A stretch of DNA of 64,000 nt from an uncultured Eubacterium sp. (GTDB lineage Bacteria > Bacillota > Clostridia > Lachnospirales > Lachnospiraceae), in assembly GCA_947642745.1 (NCBI GenBank), contig CANRTU010000015.1, positions 5,571-69,570 of the forward strand, written 5' to 3'. The position numbers were made by a program, and so were the translations under genes. Positions 28,018-38,105 of this stretch are shown piece by piece. Position 1 is the stretch's first letter. Every line of letters starts with the position of its first letter. The notes under the pieces were generated by a model. That model was not told where the DNA came from and made no database searches. It worked only from the letters and a program-made list of their open reading frames with translations.

Positions 28018-29826
28018 TCAGTTTTTCGTCCGATCCGGCTTTATGGCTCTTTTTATGCTCCTGGCCACTTTCCAGAATCCCCTGCTTTTTAACATTTCAT
28101 TCTGCGCCATGGCCTGATGGTACTCTTCTTCTATCTGACAGATATTACGGAATCTGCGTTCCAGCAGATTTACCATTTCCCGGTACGGTACCAGCCCGCC
28201 GGTCACAAACTGTTGAAACCCGGCTTCCATCCGCTCATACAGCGCCGCTTCTTCCGGCGTAATTTCCACGGTTTTTAACAGCCGGTCCATGGACAGCTCT
28301 TCCTGCCCGGGATTTTCGTGGTTTAAAAAAAACAGCGTCCGGTAAATAATAAAATTCTGTGGAACCGGAAAGAAAAAGGTCCATTCATAATCTATCACAT
28401 GCCATCTGCCCTGATCATCCACCAGTATATTAGGCAGAATCAGATCAATATCGGAGACGCCGCTGCTTTGCGTATGCTCTGGAAACTCCTCCGTACAAAA
28501 TCTGCCAAACACCCCGGTAAATGGTTCCGTTACCATAAATGGCCCGGTATTTTTACTGCTTCTGATATATTGCACTATCCGGCGCAATATGTCAAAGACT
28601 TTTTTTATTTCACCCGCAGCCACCAGCTCCCGGACACTGGTCTGCAGTGCCCGCCCACGGATAAATTCAAATTCTGCGCAGGTTTCTCCTGTCAGCTGAC
28701 AGCGGTTAAATTCCAGATCTGTTCCGCCATACTGCTCCCGCAGCTTTTCGTAAGCCTGTGCGATACGGGCCACATGGGCGCCGCCCTCCCGGTACAGCGG
28801 GGATTTGCGCACTTTCCTCACGCCGGTTTCCGGATCTTCCAGCACATCCGTGCGGAGCGCATATGCCCGTCCCCGGTCGGATGCGTATCTGGTATAAATA
28901 ATCTCCTGCCGCAAAGCGCCACCGCCTGCGCTTTTTGACGCCACACAAAGCAGTGAATTGGAGAATAGTGGAAACTGTCCTTCCTCAATAACTGAATCAT
29001 ACACTTTCTGTTCATTGAACAGAACGAGCCGGTCGTCCCCATAATTGGCTATATTATAGTCCAGTTCTCCCTTTCCGGGCAGATAACGGTCAGAGTAAAT
29101 ATCCCTTGCGAAACGATAGTCCGGATAAGGATAATAAAACCGGGTCCGGGAATAGCCGGTCTCTGCCAGCAGCTGTTCCAGACCCTTGCGGGTATAAAGA
29201 CGGATTCCCTGTTTTTCCGTCCTGTTTTCCAGTCCCGCAAAATATTGCCCGGTATTGTTTTCTTTATTTCCCGCCCAGTACTTCAGTCCGAATTTATTAT
29301 CCAGGGCAATCAGCAGACTGCCCTGCTGCGTTAAATGCCCGCCCAGCTGCCGCAGCCATTCCTGCGCCCGGATTCCGGTCAGCGCACCGGCCAGCAGAAT
29401 CAGATCGTACTCCTGATCCAGCTGCGGTTCGCACTGTTCAAACGGCATGGCATAAATGACAAGCTCCCGGTCTTTATGGCGTGTGGCGTTGATCCTGCTG
29501 TAGTGGACGTTTTCCTCCTGACAGGTAACTACCGCGCCTTTCTGAAGCAGCACGGAAGTCAGCGCACCACATCCGGCTCCTGCTTCCAGCACCCTGGTCC
29601 CGGACGGAAGATCCAGCCATCCGATCAGGCTGCCCCTGGTCTCCGCCAGCTGGTACATGGCGTTATAATTTTTATTTCCGGTAATCCCGGCATGATACTC
29701 CTGCGGCGGATAGTTTTGTACGATTTCCTGAATCAGTACTGTATCCGGGTCCGGCTCCGGTATGGACGCCTGATCCGGAATATATACGACTGCTTTTCCA
29801 ATCTGTTCTTTTACCATATTTACCAT
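28018..29826 (-). CDS. SAM-dependent methyltransferase fused to a kinase-like domain and short coiled coil (WbdD-like)
   Basis: VLEAGAGCGALT SAM motif; DIDLILPNILV..WHVIDYEW kinase-like motifs; helical basic C-terminus. Confidence 0.7.
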   Translation of the reverse strand: MVNMVKEQIGKAVVYIPDQASIPEPDPDTVLIQEIVQNYPPQEYHAGITGNKNYNAMYQLAETRGSLIGWLDLPSGTRVLEAGAGCGALTSVLLQKGAVVTCQEENVHYSRINATRHKDRELVIYAMPFEQCEPQLDQEYDLILLAGALTGIRAQEWLRQLGGHLTQQGSLLIALDNKFGLKYWAGNKENNTGQYFAGLENRTEKQGIRLYTRKGLEQLLAETGYSRTRFYYPYPDYRFARDIYSDRYLPGKGELDYNIANYGDDRLVLFNEQKVYDSVIEEGQFPLFSNSLLCVASKSAGGGALRQEIIYTRYASDRGRAYALRTDVLEDPETGVRKVRKSPLYREGGAHVARIAQAYEKLREQYGGTDLEFNRCQLTGETCAEFEFIRGRALQTSVRELVAAGEIKKVFDILRRIVQYIRSSKNTGPFMVTEPFTGVFGRFCTEEFPEHTQSSGVSDIDLILPNILVDDQGRWHVIDYEWTFFFPVPQNFIIYRTLFFLNHENPGQEELSMDRLLKTVEITPEEAALYERMEAGFQQFVTGGLVPYREMVNLLERRFRNICQIEEEYHQAMAQNEMLKSRGFWKVARSIKRAIKPDRTKN

Positions 29827-29841
29827 AATAACGGTCTCTTT

Positions 29842-30405
29842 TTACTGCCGGTATGTCTGCGTAAATTCCGCCAGGCTGCCCCATGCCCTGTCCTTTGGAG
29901 ACATGATCAGCTCCATATCTTCCGGAACCGGCCAGTGGATTCCGATTTCCGGATCGTTATAGGCGATCCCGCCTTCATCATCCGGATGATAAAAATCCGT
30001 ACACTTATAGGCAAATTCCGCTTCTTCCGACAGCACCACAAATCCATGGGCAAAATCTTTTGGAATGTACATCTGTTTTTTATTTTCCGCCGATAAGATC
30101 TCCCCATGCCATCTGCCATAGGTGGCGGAACCTTTTCGCAGATCCACAGCCACGTCGAACACTTCCCCACGGATAACCCGTACCAGCTTGTCCTGCGGAT
30201 AATGGATCTGAAAATGCAGTCCCCGTAAAACACCTTTCACAGAGGAGGACTGGTTGTCCTGTACGAAGGACGCATCTATGCCAGCTTCTTTAAAGTCGTT
30301 ATAATTATACGTCTCCATAAAATATCCCCGGCTGTCTCCGAATACCGCCGGTTCTATCACATACAGACCTGCGATCTCACAGTCCGTCACTTTTATTTTT
30401 CCCAT
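29842..30405 (-). CDS. rmlC: dTDP-4-dehydrorhamnose 3,5-epimerase
   Basis: FGDSRGYFME, QDNQS, GVLRGLHFQ, FAHGF. Confidence 0.96.
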   Translation of the reverse strand: MGKIKVTDCEIAGLYVIEPAVFGDSRGYFMETYNYNDFKEAGIDASFVQDNQSSSVKGVLRGLHFQIHYPQDKLVRVIRGEVFDVAVDLRKGSATYGRWHGEILSAENKKQMYIPKDFAHGFVVLSEEAEFAYKCTDFYHPDDEGGIAYNDPEIGIHWPVPEDMELIMSPKDRAWGSLAEFTQTYRQ

Positions 30406-30430
30406 TTTTTATCCTTTCATCTGCGGCTTT

Positions 30431-31300
30431 TTACAATCCTTTTGAGATTTCTATCAGATATTTTCCGTATTCTGTCTTTAACAGCGGCTGGGCCAGCGCT
30501 ACCAGCTGCTCTTTGCCGATAAATCCCCGCTTGTAGGCAATTTCCTCGATACAGGATATATACAGTCCCTGCCGCTTCTGGCAGGCGGCCACAAAGTCTG
30601 CGGCGTCCAGCAGGGAATCGTGGGTCCCGGTATCCAGCCATGCGAATCCACGGCCCAGCTTTTCCACTTTCAGCTCTCCTCTTGATAAATATTCGTTATT
30701 GACGGAAGTGATCTCAATCTCGCCCCTGGCGGACGGCTTAACGTTCTTAGCAATTTCTACCACATCGTTGTCATAAAAATAAAGCCCCGGCACCGCATAA
30801 TTAGACTTTGGATGCTCCGGTTTTTCTTCGATGGACAGAGCTTTTCCACTGTCATCAAATTCCACTACGCCGTAATCCCTTGGATCCCTGACATAATAGC
30901 CAAAAATCACGGCGCCTTTTTCAATGGAGGCCGCACGCTGCAGAACCTGTGAAAAACTCTGGCCGTAAAAGATATTGTCCCCCAGCACCAGGGCAACCGC
31001 ATCCTTACCGATAAATTGTTCTCCTATGATAAATGCGTCCGCCAGCCCTCTGGGCGCCTCCTGCACCTCATAGCTCATACGCAGCCCCAGCTGCTCCCCG
31101 CCGCCAAATAATTCCCTGAATACCGGCAGATCCCGTCTGGTGGAAATAATCAGAATATCCCGGATTCCCGCCAGCATCAGCGTGGAAAGCGGATAATATA
31201 TCATCGGTTTGTCATAAACCGGCATGATCTGTTTTGAAATCGCCTTGGTCAGCGGATACAGCCTGGTACCGGAACCTCCGGCAAGTATAATTCCCTTCAT
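30431..31300 (-). CDS. rmlA: Glucose-1-phosphate thymidylyltransferase
   Basis: [33 protein letters not shown]. Confidence 0.97.
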   Translation of the reverse strand: MKGIILAGGSGTRLYPLTKAISKQIMPVYDKPMIYYPLSTLMLAGIRDILIISTRRDLPVFRELFGGGEQLGLRMSYEVQEAPRGLADAFIIGEQFIGKDAVALVLGDNIFYGQSFSQVLQRAASIEKGAVIFGYYVRDPRDYGVVEFDDSGKALSIEEKPEHPKSNYAVPGLYFYDNDVVEIAKNVKPSARGEIEITSVNNEYLSRGELKVEKLGRGFAWLDTGTHDSLLDAADFVAACQKRQGLYISCIEEIAYKRGFIGKEQLVALAQPLLKTEYGKYLIEISKGL

Positions 31301-31356
31301 ATAAATATTCTCCTGATAAATTTATCCTGTTACAGTTGTATTGCGGCATTTTTTTG

Positions 31357-31412
31357 CAGCTATTCTATTACAGCTGTTCTGTTACAGTTATTCTGTTACA
31401 GCTATTCTATTG
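31357..31412. repeat. 14-bp tandem repeat, 4 copies
   Basis: CAGCTATTCTATTA / CAGCTGTTCTGTTA / CAGTTATTCTGTTA / CAGCTATTCTATTG. Confidence 0.8.
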
Positions 31413-33953
31413 TAACAGTTCTATTCTGCGCAGTGAAAAATCCTGATAACGTCTGGTAAGGTTTGGATTGTAATAAGGGTCCCCGGCGCTGATCAGATCC
31501 GCCCAGCGGGTGGTGAATAATTCCACCTCCCGGTTGTAACGGGCCAGCTTGGCCGCCGTGTTTTCTGTTCCCCTGGATTTGTATTCATAATGGTACAGCA
31601 TGGCAAACGGATTATATACTACCAGTCTGCCCGTCTGCCGCACTTTGAGACAGTAATCAATATCGTTATAGGCGATCTGTAATTCCCCGTCCATACCGCC
31701 CACTTCTTCAAATACCCGCTTCGGGGTCATCATACAGGCCGCCGTGACAGCACTGTAATCCTGCGGACAGCAGATTCTGTTCTGGTAACCCGGATTTTCC
31801 TTTGGAAACCGCTGGAATCCCTCTCCACAGATACCCGCCAGCCCCACGATCACTCCGGCATGCTGCACCGTATCGTCAAAATAGAATAACCTGGCGCCGC
31901 AGACGCCCACATCCTCACGCATACAATAGCCCAGCATCTCTTCCATAAATCCCGGCGAAATGACTTCTGTATCATTATTCAGCAGCAGAATATACTCTCC
32001 TCTGGAATGGGCCACACCATAGTTGGTAATTTTCGCAAAATTATAGCTGTCTTTCCAGTATATCACCCGTACCCTGGAATCCTGCCTGCAGATTTTGTCA
32101 TAATATTCAAAGGTCTGTGGCAGAACACTGTTATTTTCTATAATTACAATTTCATAATCCGGATATGTGCAGTTTTTCAAAACAGACTGCACACAGGTGT
32201 CCAGATCGTCCACATGGTCTTTATTAGGGATATTGATGGACACCAGCGGGGTTTCCTTCCAGTGGTAACAGGTCCGGTAAATACCTGCCAGATCAGATTC
32301 TTCCACTGTGGCCGGAATACCCATCCGTTTGTAATGGGCGTCCAGAATCATTTTCGCGGCTGCCGTCTGTGTACGGCCCGTTTCTGCGGCAGACGGCTTC
32401 TCCGGAACGGATTCCCTGATATGGCACACTGCCCGTGTCAGATGTATGATCCGCTGCGCCATCTCCGCACTGCGCAGATAATAATCATAAGACGATTCCG
32501 TTCCCAGGTCCGGATTCCAGCATCCGCAGCGGAGCGCCAGATCTCCCCGTACCAGCACCAGATGTCCCAGATAATTCATGGCACGGAGCATATCAATGTT
32601 AAAATCTGATTTAAATACCGGCTCCATATATGTGCCGCTGTCCGCTGATATCTGATCTTCATCCGTATAGCACATATCAGCGTCCGGCTTCTGTGCCGCC
32701 AGCCCCATGCAGGCGTACAGCGCATCCGGTTCCAGCGTATCCCCGCACTCCAGGCGGGTAATCCAGACGTCTTCCGGTTCCTGTCTGTTTTGTCCCTGTT
32801 TCTTCAGATAACCGGCAATTTTATCAAATGCAGACATAATTTTCCAGTTATAATCTGCCTCTGTATGGTCAGCCTTTTGATCCGCCTCCCGGTATTCCAC
32901 TGTCAGGGGCACGATTTTACCCGCAGGTACATGCCGTCCTCTCTCCGCTCCTGTCTGAACGGTTTTTAATTTCTGTTTTAAATTTTCTGTTTCTGAACTG
33001 TTAACAGCGATGATCCATTTCCAGTTTCCATATGTCTGGGATGCCAGTGAAGCTGCTGTTTCTTCCAGCTCCGGGCACTCCCGGTACCCGGTTACCACAA
33101 ATACCAGCGGACGTCCCGTACTGTCCTGCGCCCGCTGCCGTGCCAGCTCCCTGTCAGAAGTCCTGTTTTTTTCCCGCCACTTCATGTAATTGCCGGTATC
33201 GCCAATCAGTTCGTATATTTCGTTGACAGCCCGTTTGCATGTTTTCGCCATACCGTTACGCTTCATAAAATAATGGGCTTTTTTTACATACAGCAGCACG
33301 CGGTTTTTATCTATGGCGGAAAAAGAATGACGCATAAAAGTCACGCCGTCTGTCAGATGCAGTATCATCCGTTTGCGGCCCCGCATAGGTACCCGGATGC
33401 TAAAACCGCAGTCTGGCAGATGCTCCGCCTCCCGGTATTCCAGTTCCACATCCGGTTTTGGAAAGCGTGTGATTTCACATTTCACCGGATTATTTCTGCT
33501 GTCTGTCACACGTATCCGGACTGGATTTTGTGATGCGGCCCAGCCGCCCAGCACACAGTCTGTTCCGGTAATCTGTACATCTGTAATACGGCATTCCAGC
33601 TGTTTTTGGAGTTTTACCAGCCCGGATACCGGCCGGTCATATACCACCGTACCGTCTGCAAGGTACAGACGCAGCCTGCGAAAATCCGGTAAATTCTCCG
33701 GCAGACTGATTATTATCACATATTCTTTTTTCACATTCTGGTCTAATTTGGCATACTTCTGCCGCACAGAGTCATCAGCGAATACAAGTGTCTGTATTTC
33801 CAGCGGCTGTTTGTCCAGACAGACCGTAAATCCGCCGTTTTCTCCCTCCTGGCGTACCCCGTCTGTCCCGTCATACCATCCCGTAAGCACGAAACGGTTT
33901 CTGTCTCCTGTATGAAAATGTCCTTTACGTATTACAAATTTACCATCAGCCAT
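31407..33953 (-). CDS. Multidomain GT2 glycosyltransferase, rhamnan-polymerase-like
   Basis: Degenerate first GT2 domain (YTDED, NYLGHL) and intact second one (LLLNNDTE, SAVTAAC, NDIDYC, DPYYNPNL). Confidence 0.85.
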   Translation of the reverse strand: MADGKFVIRKGHFHTGDRNRFVLTGWYDGTDGVRQEGENGGFTVCLDKQPLEIQTLVFADDSVRQKYAKLDQNVKKEYVIIISLPENLPDFRRLRLYLADGTVVYDRPVSGLVKLQKQLECRITDVQITGTDCVLGGWAASQNPVRIRVTDSRNNPVKCEITRFPKPDVELEYREAEHLPDCGFSIRVPMRGRKRMILHLTDGVTFMRHSFSAIDKNRVLLYVKKAHYFMKRNGMAKTCKRAVNEIYELIGDTGNYMKWREKNRTSDRELARQRAQDSTGRPLVFVVTGYRECPELEETAASLASQTYGNWKWIIAVNSSETENLKQKLKTVQTGAERGRHVPAGKIVPLTVEYREADQKADHTEADYNWKIMSAFDKIAGYLKKQGQNRQEPEDVWITRLECGDTLEPDALYACMGLAAQKPDADMCYTDEDQISADSGTYMEPVFKSDFNIDMLRAMNYLGHLVLVRGDLALRCGCWNPDLGTESSYDYYLRSAEMAQRIIHLTRAVCHIRESVPEKPSAAETGRTQTAAAKMILDAHYKRMGIPATVEESDLAGIYRTCYHWKETPLVSINIPNKDHVDDLDTCVQSVLKNCTYPDYEIVIIENNSVLPQTFEYYDKICRQDSRVRVIYWKDSYNFAKITNYGVAHSRGEYILLLNNDTEVISPGFMEEMLGYCMREDVGVCGARLFYFDDTVQHAGVIVGLAGICGEGFQRFPKENPGYQNRICCPQDYSAVTAACMMTPKRVFEEVGGMDGELQIAYNDIDYCLKVRQTGRLVVYNPFAMLYHYEYKSRGTENTAAKLARYNREVELFTTRWADLISAGDPYYNPNLTRRYQDFSLRRIELLQ

Positions 33954-34060
33954 AAGCAGAACCTTTATTTCCTTTATTTCCTTTATTTTTTTGGGTTAAT
34001 ATTCTGATTAGATTTATTATTATGATCCAGTTCCGGCTTAATTCCATTTATTACGTCTTT

Positions 34061-34132
34061 CAATTATTTACCTTATATTCATTCTTCGTAATATTTCTGG
34101 TATTCGCCGCTGGCAGCGTCTGCCAGCCAGTC
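34061..34132 (-). repeat. Degenerate duplicate of the rmlB 3' end
   Basis: About 72 bp matching 34159-34230, with a 32-bp identical core TTCTTCGTAATATTTCTGGTATTCGCCGCTGG. Confidence 0.85.
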
Positions 34133-34161
34133 CTGCTAATCAGACTACTGAACAGTGCCAA

Positions 34162-35244
34162 TTACTTACCTTTATACATTTCTTCGTAATATTTCTGGTA
34201 TTCGCCGCTGGTAGCGTTTGTCAGCCAGTCTTCGTTGGCAAAATACCAGGCAATGGTTTTCTTTATGCCTTCCGCAAACATCGTTTCCGGCTCCCAGCCA
34301 ATTTCTTTTCTGATCTTGTCCGGAGCAATCGCATAGCGGCGGTCATGACCTTTGCGGTCTTCCACATAAGTAATCAGGTCTTCGCTGATCCATTTTCTGC
34401 GTTCATCATCTTCCGGCAGCATTTCCAGCAGTGTGTCGATCATAATATGAATGATCTCAATGTTCTGCTTTTCATTGTGTCCGCCAATATTGTAAGTCTC
34501 GCCCAGCCGGCCCTGTTCCTGCACCATGTCAATGGCTTTTGCATGATCGTCCACATACAGCCAGTCCCGCACATTTTTTCCATCTCCGTACACGGGCAGT
34601 TTTTTACCATGCAGGGCATTGTTGAGCATCAGCGGTATTAATTTTTCCGGAAACTGGTAAGGCCCATAATTGTTGGAACAATTTGTTATATTAGCCGGGA
34701 AATGATAGGTGTCGATATAGGATTTCACAATCATATCCGCCGCAGCCTTGCTGGCGCTGTACGGACTATGGGGCGCATAAGGCGTTGTCTCATAGAAATA
34801 GCCGCCTTCCTCCTCCAGGGAACCATACACTTCATCCGTAGACACATGCAGGAATTTTTTATCCGCCTTAAAACTGCCGTCCGGCAGCTCCCAGGCTGCC
34901 TTTGCACAGTTAAGCACCACCGCTGTGCCAAGTACGTTTGTCTGTACAAAAATCTCCGGATTTGGAATGCTGCGGTCCACGTGGGTTTCAGCGGCAAAAT
35001 GCACGACCCTGTCAATGTCATGGTCAGCAAAAATTTTGCCGATGGCCTCTTTGTCACAAATATCCGCCCTGATAAACAGATAGTTGTCCCTGTTTTCCAC
35101 TGTTTTTAAATTTTCCAGATTGCCTGCATAAGTCAGCGCATCCACGTTAATAATTTTAATCTGGTTATCATATTTATGAAACATATAGTGAATATAATTG
35201 GAACCAATAAATCCGGCTCCGCCTGTTACTAAATAAGTTCTCAT
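34162..35244 (-). CDS. rmlB: dTDP-glucose 4,6-dehydratase
   Basis: VTGGAGFIGSN, HFAAETHVDRS, VSTDEVYG, YSASKA, NNYGPYQFPEKLIP. Confidence 0.97.
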   Translation of the reverse strand: MRTYLVTGGAGFIGSNYIHYMFHKYDNQIKIINVDALTYAGNLENLKTVENRDNYLFIRADICDKEAIGKIFADHDIDRVVHFAAETHVDRSIPNPEIFVQTNVLGTAVVLNCAKAAWELPDGSFKADKKFLHVSTDEVYGSLEEEGGYFYETTPYAPHSPYSASKAAADMIVKSYIDTYHFPANITNCSNNYGPYQFPEKLIPLMLNNALHGKKLPVYGDGKNVRDWLYVDDHAKAIDMVQEQGRLGETYNIGGHNEKQNIEIIHIMIDTLLEMLPEDDERRKWISEDLITYVEDRKGHDRRYAIAPDKIRKEIGWEPETMFAEGIKKTIAWYFANEDWLTNATSGEYQKYYEEMYKGK

Positions 35245-35395
35245 TCTGTTTTTCACCGCCGTTTCCGGCTGTTTCCTTTCTGAATTTATAATGGCGCAGC
35301 ATCAGCGGCACATCCGTAGTATCCTGCGTAATCCTTTGCTTTTATACTTCCCCCGGTTTTCCGGACTTATACAACAGACTGGTATCTGCTCTTTT

Positions 35396-36238
35396 TTATA
35401 AAATTGTCCGCATATAAGCTGTCAGCGCTTCCTTCCAGTCCGCCATCCGGTAATCCGTCGTCAGACGCAGCATCTGGTTGTCCAGCACTGAATAAGCCGG
35501 ACGTTTTGCGGGAGCCGCAAATTCTTCTGTGGTAATATATTCTACTCCGGTGCTCTTTCCCGCCTGCCGGAAGATTTCCACCGCAAAATCCGCCCAGCTG
35601 CAAAACCCTTCACAGGTACCGTGAAAGATGCCGTAATTTTCACCGGGTTCCAGCATATGAATCAGCCTGGCCAGTTCCACAGCGCTGGTAGGCGTGCCAA
35701 TCTGGTCTCCAACCACACGTACCCGGTCGTTTGTTCCGGCCAGACGCAGCATGGTTCCTACAAAGTTTTTACCTTCCCCATACAGCCAGGCTGTACGGAT
35801 AATAAAATACCGGTCCGCAAAATCCCGTACAAACTGTTCCCCGGCCAGCTTGGTAGAACCATAAACACTTACCGGTCCCGGCTGGTCTGTTTCCACATAA
35901 GGCCTGGTACCATCGCCGGAAAACACATAGTCTGTGGAGAGCTGTACCAGCTTCGCCCCGGTTTCCCGTGCGGCAATGCTTAAATTTCTGGGTCCGATGG
36001 CATTGGCAAGAAAAGCTTTATCGTATTCTGTCTCACATAAATCAACGGCTGTCATGGCGCCACAGTTCATAATCACATCCGGTCTGGTCTGGCGTACCAG
36101 GGCCATAACCGCATCCAGATCCGCCACATCCAGGCTGTCCAGGTCTGTATTGATGATTTCTGTCTGTTCTCCTTCGTATTCCCGGTTTAACGCACGTCCC
36201 AGCTGTCCGTTACAGCCGGTTATCAACAGCTTTTTCAT
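35396..36238 (-). CDS. rmlD: dTDP-4-dehydrorhamnose reductase
   Basis: ITGCNGQLG, STDYVF, YGSTKLAGE, RTAWLY, AKRPAYS. Confidence 0.95.
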   Translation of the reverse strand: MKKLLITGCNGQLGRALNREYEGEQTEIINTDLDSLDVADLDAVMALVRQTRPDVIMNCGAMTAVDLCETEYDKAFLANAIGPRNLSIAARETGAKLVQLSTDYVFSGDGTRPYVETDQPGPVSVYGSTKLAGEQFVRDFADRYFIIRTAWLYGEGKNFVGTMLRLAGTNDRVRVVGDQIGTPTSAVELARLIHMLEPGENYGIFHGTCEGFCSWADFAVEIFRQAGKSTGVEYITTEEFAAPAKRPAYSVLDNQMLRLTTDYRMADWKEALTAYMRTIL

Positions 36239-36241
36239 GTC

Positions 36242-36508
36242 CTATTCTCCTAATCCTGATTCAATCAGTTCTACCATTTCCCTGAGCGCTTTTTCTTCGT
36301 CGTCGCCTTCACAGATCAGCTCGATTTCATCCCCGCTTTTAATACATGCGCCAAGAACGCTCAGGACGCTCTTGGCATTCGCAATATTTTCTCCACCATA
36401 TTTAAACGTAATGACGGAGTTATAATCAATTGCGCTTTTGCACAGAAATCCCGCAGGCCTTAAATGCAGGCCTGTAGGATTTTTAATCTTTACTTTCTGA
36501 CTTACCAT
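36242..36508 (-). CDS. ptsH: HPr family phosphocarrier protein
   Basis: GLHLRPA (His15) and NAKSVLSVL (Ser46 region). Confidence 0.88.
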   Translation of the reverse strand: MVSQKVKIKNPTGLHLRPAGFLCKSAIDYNSVITFKYGGENIANAKSVLSVLGACIKSGDEIELICEGDDEEKALREMVELIESGLGE

Positions 36509-36519
36509 ACTTTTAACTC

Positions 36520-37869
36520 CTACAACATGATTTTTGTAATTAATTCTGCCAGACGGACAGCTTCTTCTTCGATTTCTTTCTGGTCTTTCCCTTCGATCAT
36601 TACCCGTACCAGAGGCTCCGTTCCGGATGGACGTATCAGAACCCGTCCTTCTCCCTGGAATTTTTCTTCCAGCTGCGCAATTGCTTCTGCGATCTCTGTA
36701 TATTCCATATAGTGCTCTTTTTTATGATTCGGTACTTTTGCGTTGACCAGCGCCTGAGGATAAACTTCCATTACAGCGGCCAGTTCGGAAAGTTTTTTCT
36801 TCGTGTCCACCATGACCTGCAGCAGATGCAGGGCGCTAAGCAGTCCGTCTCCCGTAGTATTTTCGTCCAGGAAAATAATGTGGCCGGACTGTTCTCCGCC
36901 TATATTATACCCATTTTCCCGCATATTTTCCAGCACATACCGGTCGCCTACTTTTGTCTTTTCCACATGAATGCCTTCCCGGTCACACATAACAGAGAAT
37001 CCCAGATTAGACATTACCGTAACTACAATTGTATCTTTTTTCAGTGTTCCCCGCTGTTTCATATAATTACCACAAATTGCCAGCAGCTGGTCGCCGTCCA
37101 CCAGCGTCCCGGTTTCATCCACTGCCAGTACCCGGTCCGCATCTCCGTCAAATGCGATTCCGATATCCGCTTTTTCGTAAACGACTCTTGCCTTCAGCTC
37201 ATCCATATGGGTAGAGCCACAGTTCGCATTAATATTTTTTCCGTCCGGATGAATATGGATCGGGATTAAATCCGCTCCCAGGTCCCGCAGCACTCTTACT
37301 GAGGTATCATAAGACGCTCCTTCCGCACAATCCGCCACAATCCGGATTCCATGCAGATCCACCGGCACACATTTCTTAATAAATTTAACATATTCATCCC
37401 GGATATCAAAGCGGTAATCAATCCTGCCCACGCCGGAACCTACCGGAAATTTAATATCTTTCATATGATTGCGGATCATCGCTTCGATTTCATCTTCCAG
37501 ATCGTCTGATAATTTATAACCGTCTCCGTTAAAAAACTTAATACCATTAAATTCCATAGGATTATGGGAAGCGGAAATCACCACTCCGGCGTCCACTTTA
37601 TGCCGCCTGGTAAGATAGGCAACCGCCGGCGTCGGCAGTACGCCCACGTAAATCGCATTGGCGCCTACTGAACAGATACCGGCCATCAGTGCGCTTGCCA
37701 GCATACCTCCCGAAATACGTGTATCACATCCTACGATCAGTGTCGGCTGATGCTCCTTTTCCCTGGTAAGCACATACGCTCCCGCCTGACCCAGATTCGT
37801 GGCCAGCTCAATGGTAAGCTCAGCTCCCGCCACACCTCTGACTCCGTCTGTTCCAAACATTCTGCCCAT
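36520..37869 (-). CDS. glmM: Phosphoglucosamine mutase
   Basis: FGTDGVRG, ISASHNP, FDGDADR, GGEQSGH, RPSGTEP. Confidence 0.96.
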   Translation of the reverse strand: MGRMFGTDGVRGVAGAELTIELATNLGQAGAYVLTREKEHQPTLIVGCDTRISGGMLASALMAGICSVGANAIYVGVLPTPAVAYLTRRHKVDAGVVISASHNPMEFNGIKFFNGDGYKLSDDLEDEIEAMIRNHMKDIKFPVGSGVGRIDYRFDIRDEYVKFIKKCVPVDLHGIRIVADCAEGASYDTSVRVLRDLGADLIPIHIHPDGKNINANCGSTHMDELKARVVYEKADIGIAFDGDADRVLAVDETGTLVDGDQLLAICGNYMKQRGTLKKDTIVVTVMSNLGFSVMCDREGIHVEKTKVGDRYVLENMRENGYNIGGEQSGHIIFLDENTTGDGLLSALHLLQVMVDTKKKLSELAAVMEVYPQALVNAKVPNHKKEHYMEYTEIAEAIAQLEEKFQGEGRVLIRPSGTEPLVRVMIEGKDQKEIEEEAVRLAELITKIML

Positions 37870-38105
37870 TTTCATTCCTCCAGCTTTTTCATATCTTTCA
37901 ATTATTTTCTTTTTTATTATTTATTTATCCTTGAAATATTATTTAATTTTCTTTTATATACCCCGGTATGGCCCGGATAATCCGGGAAGCGCCTGCCCTG
38001 TCTCTTTGCCTGAGCGGACTGCCGGTGGGCATGGCTTCTGTTGGCCGGGCCATGCCGGCAGCCGGGGTCAGCCTGTCATCCCAGCGAAAATGCGCTTCCG
38101 GTATC

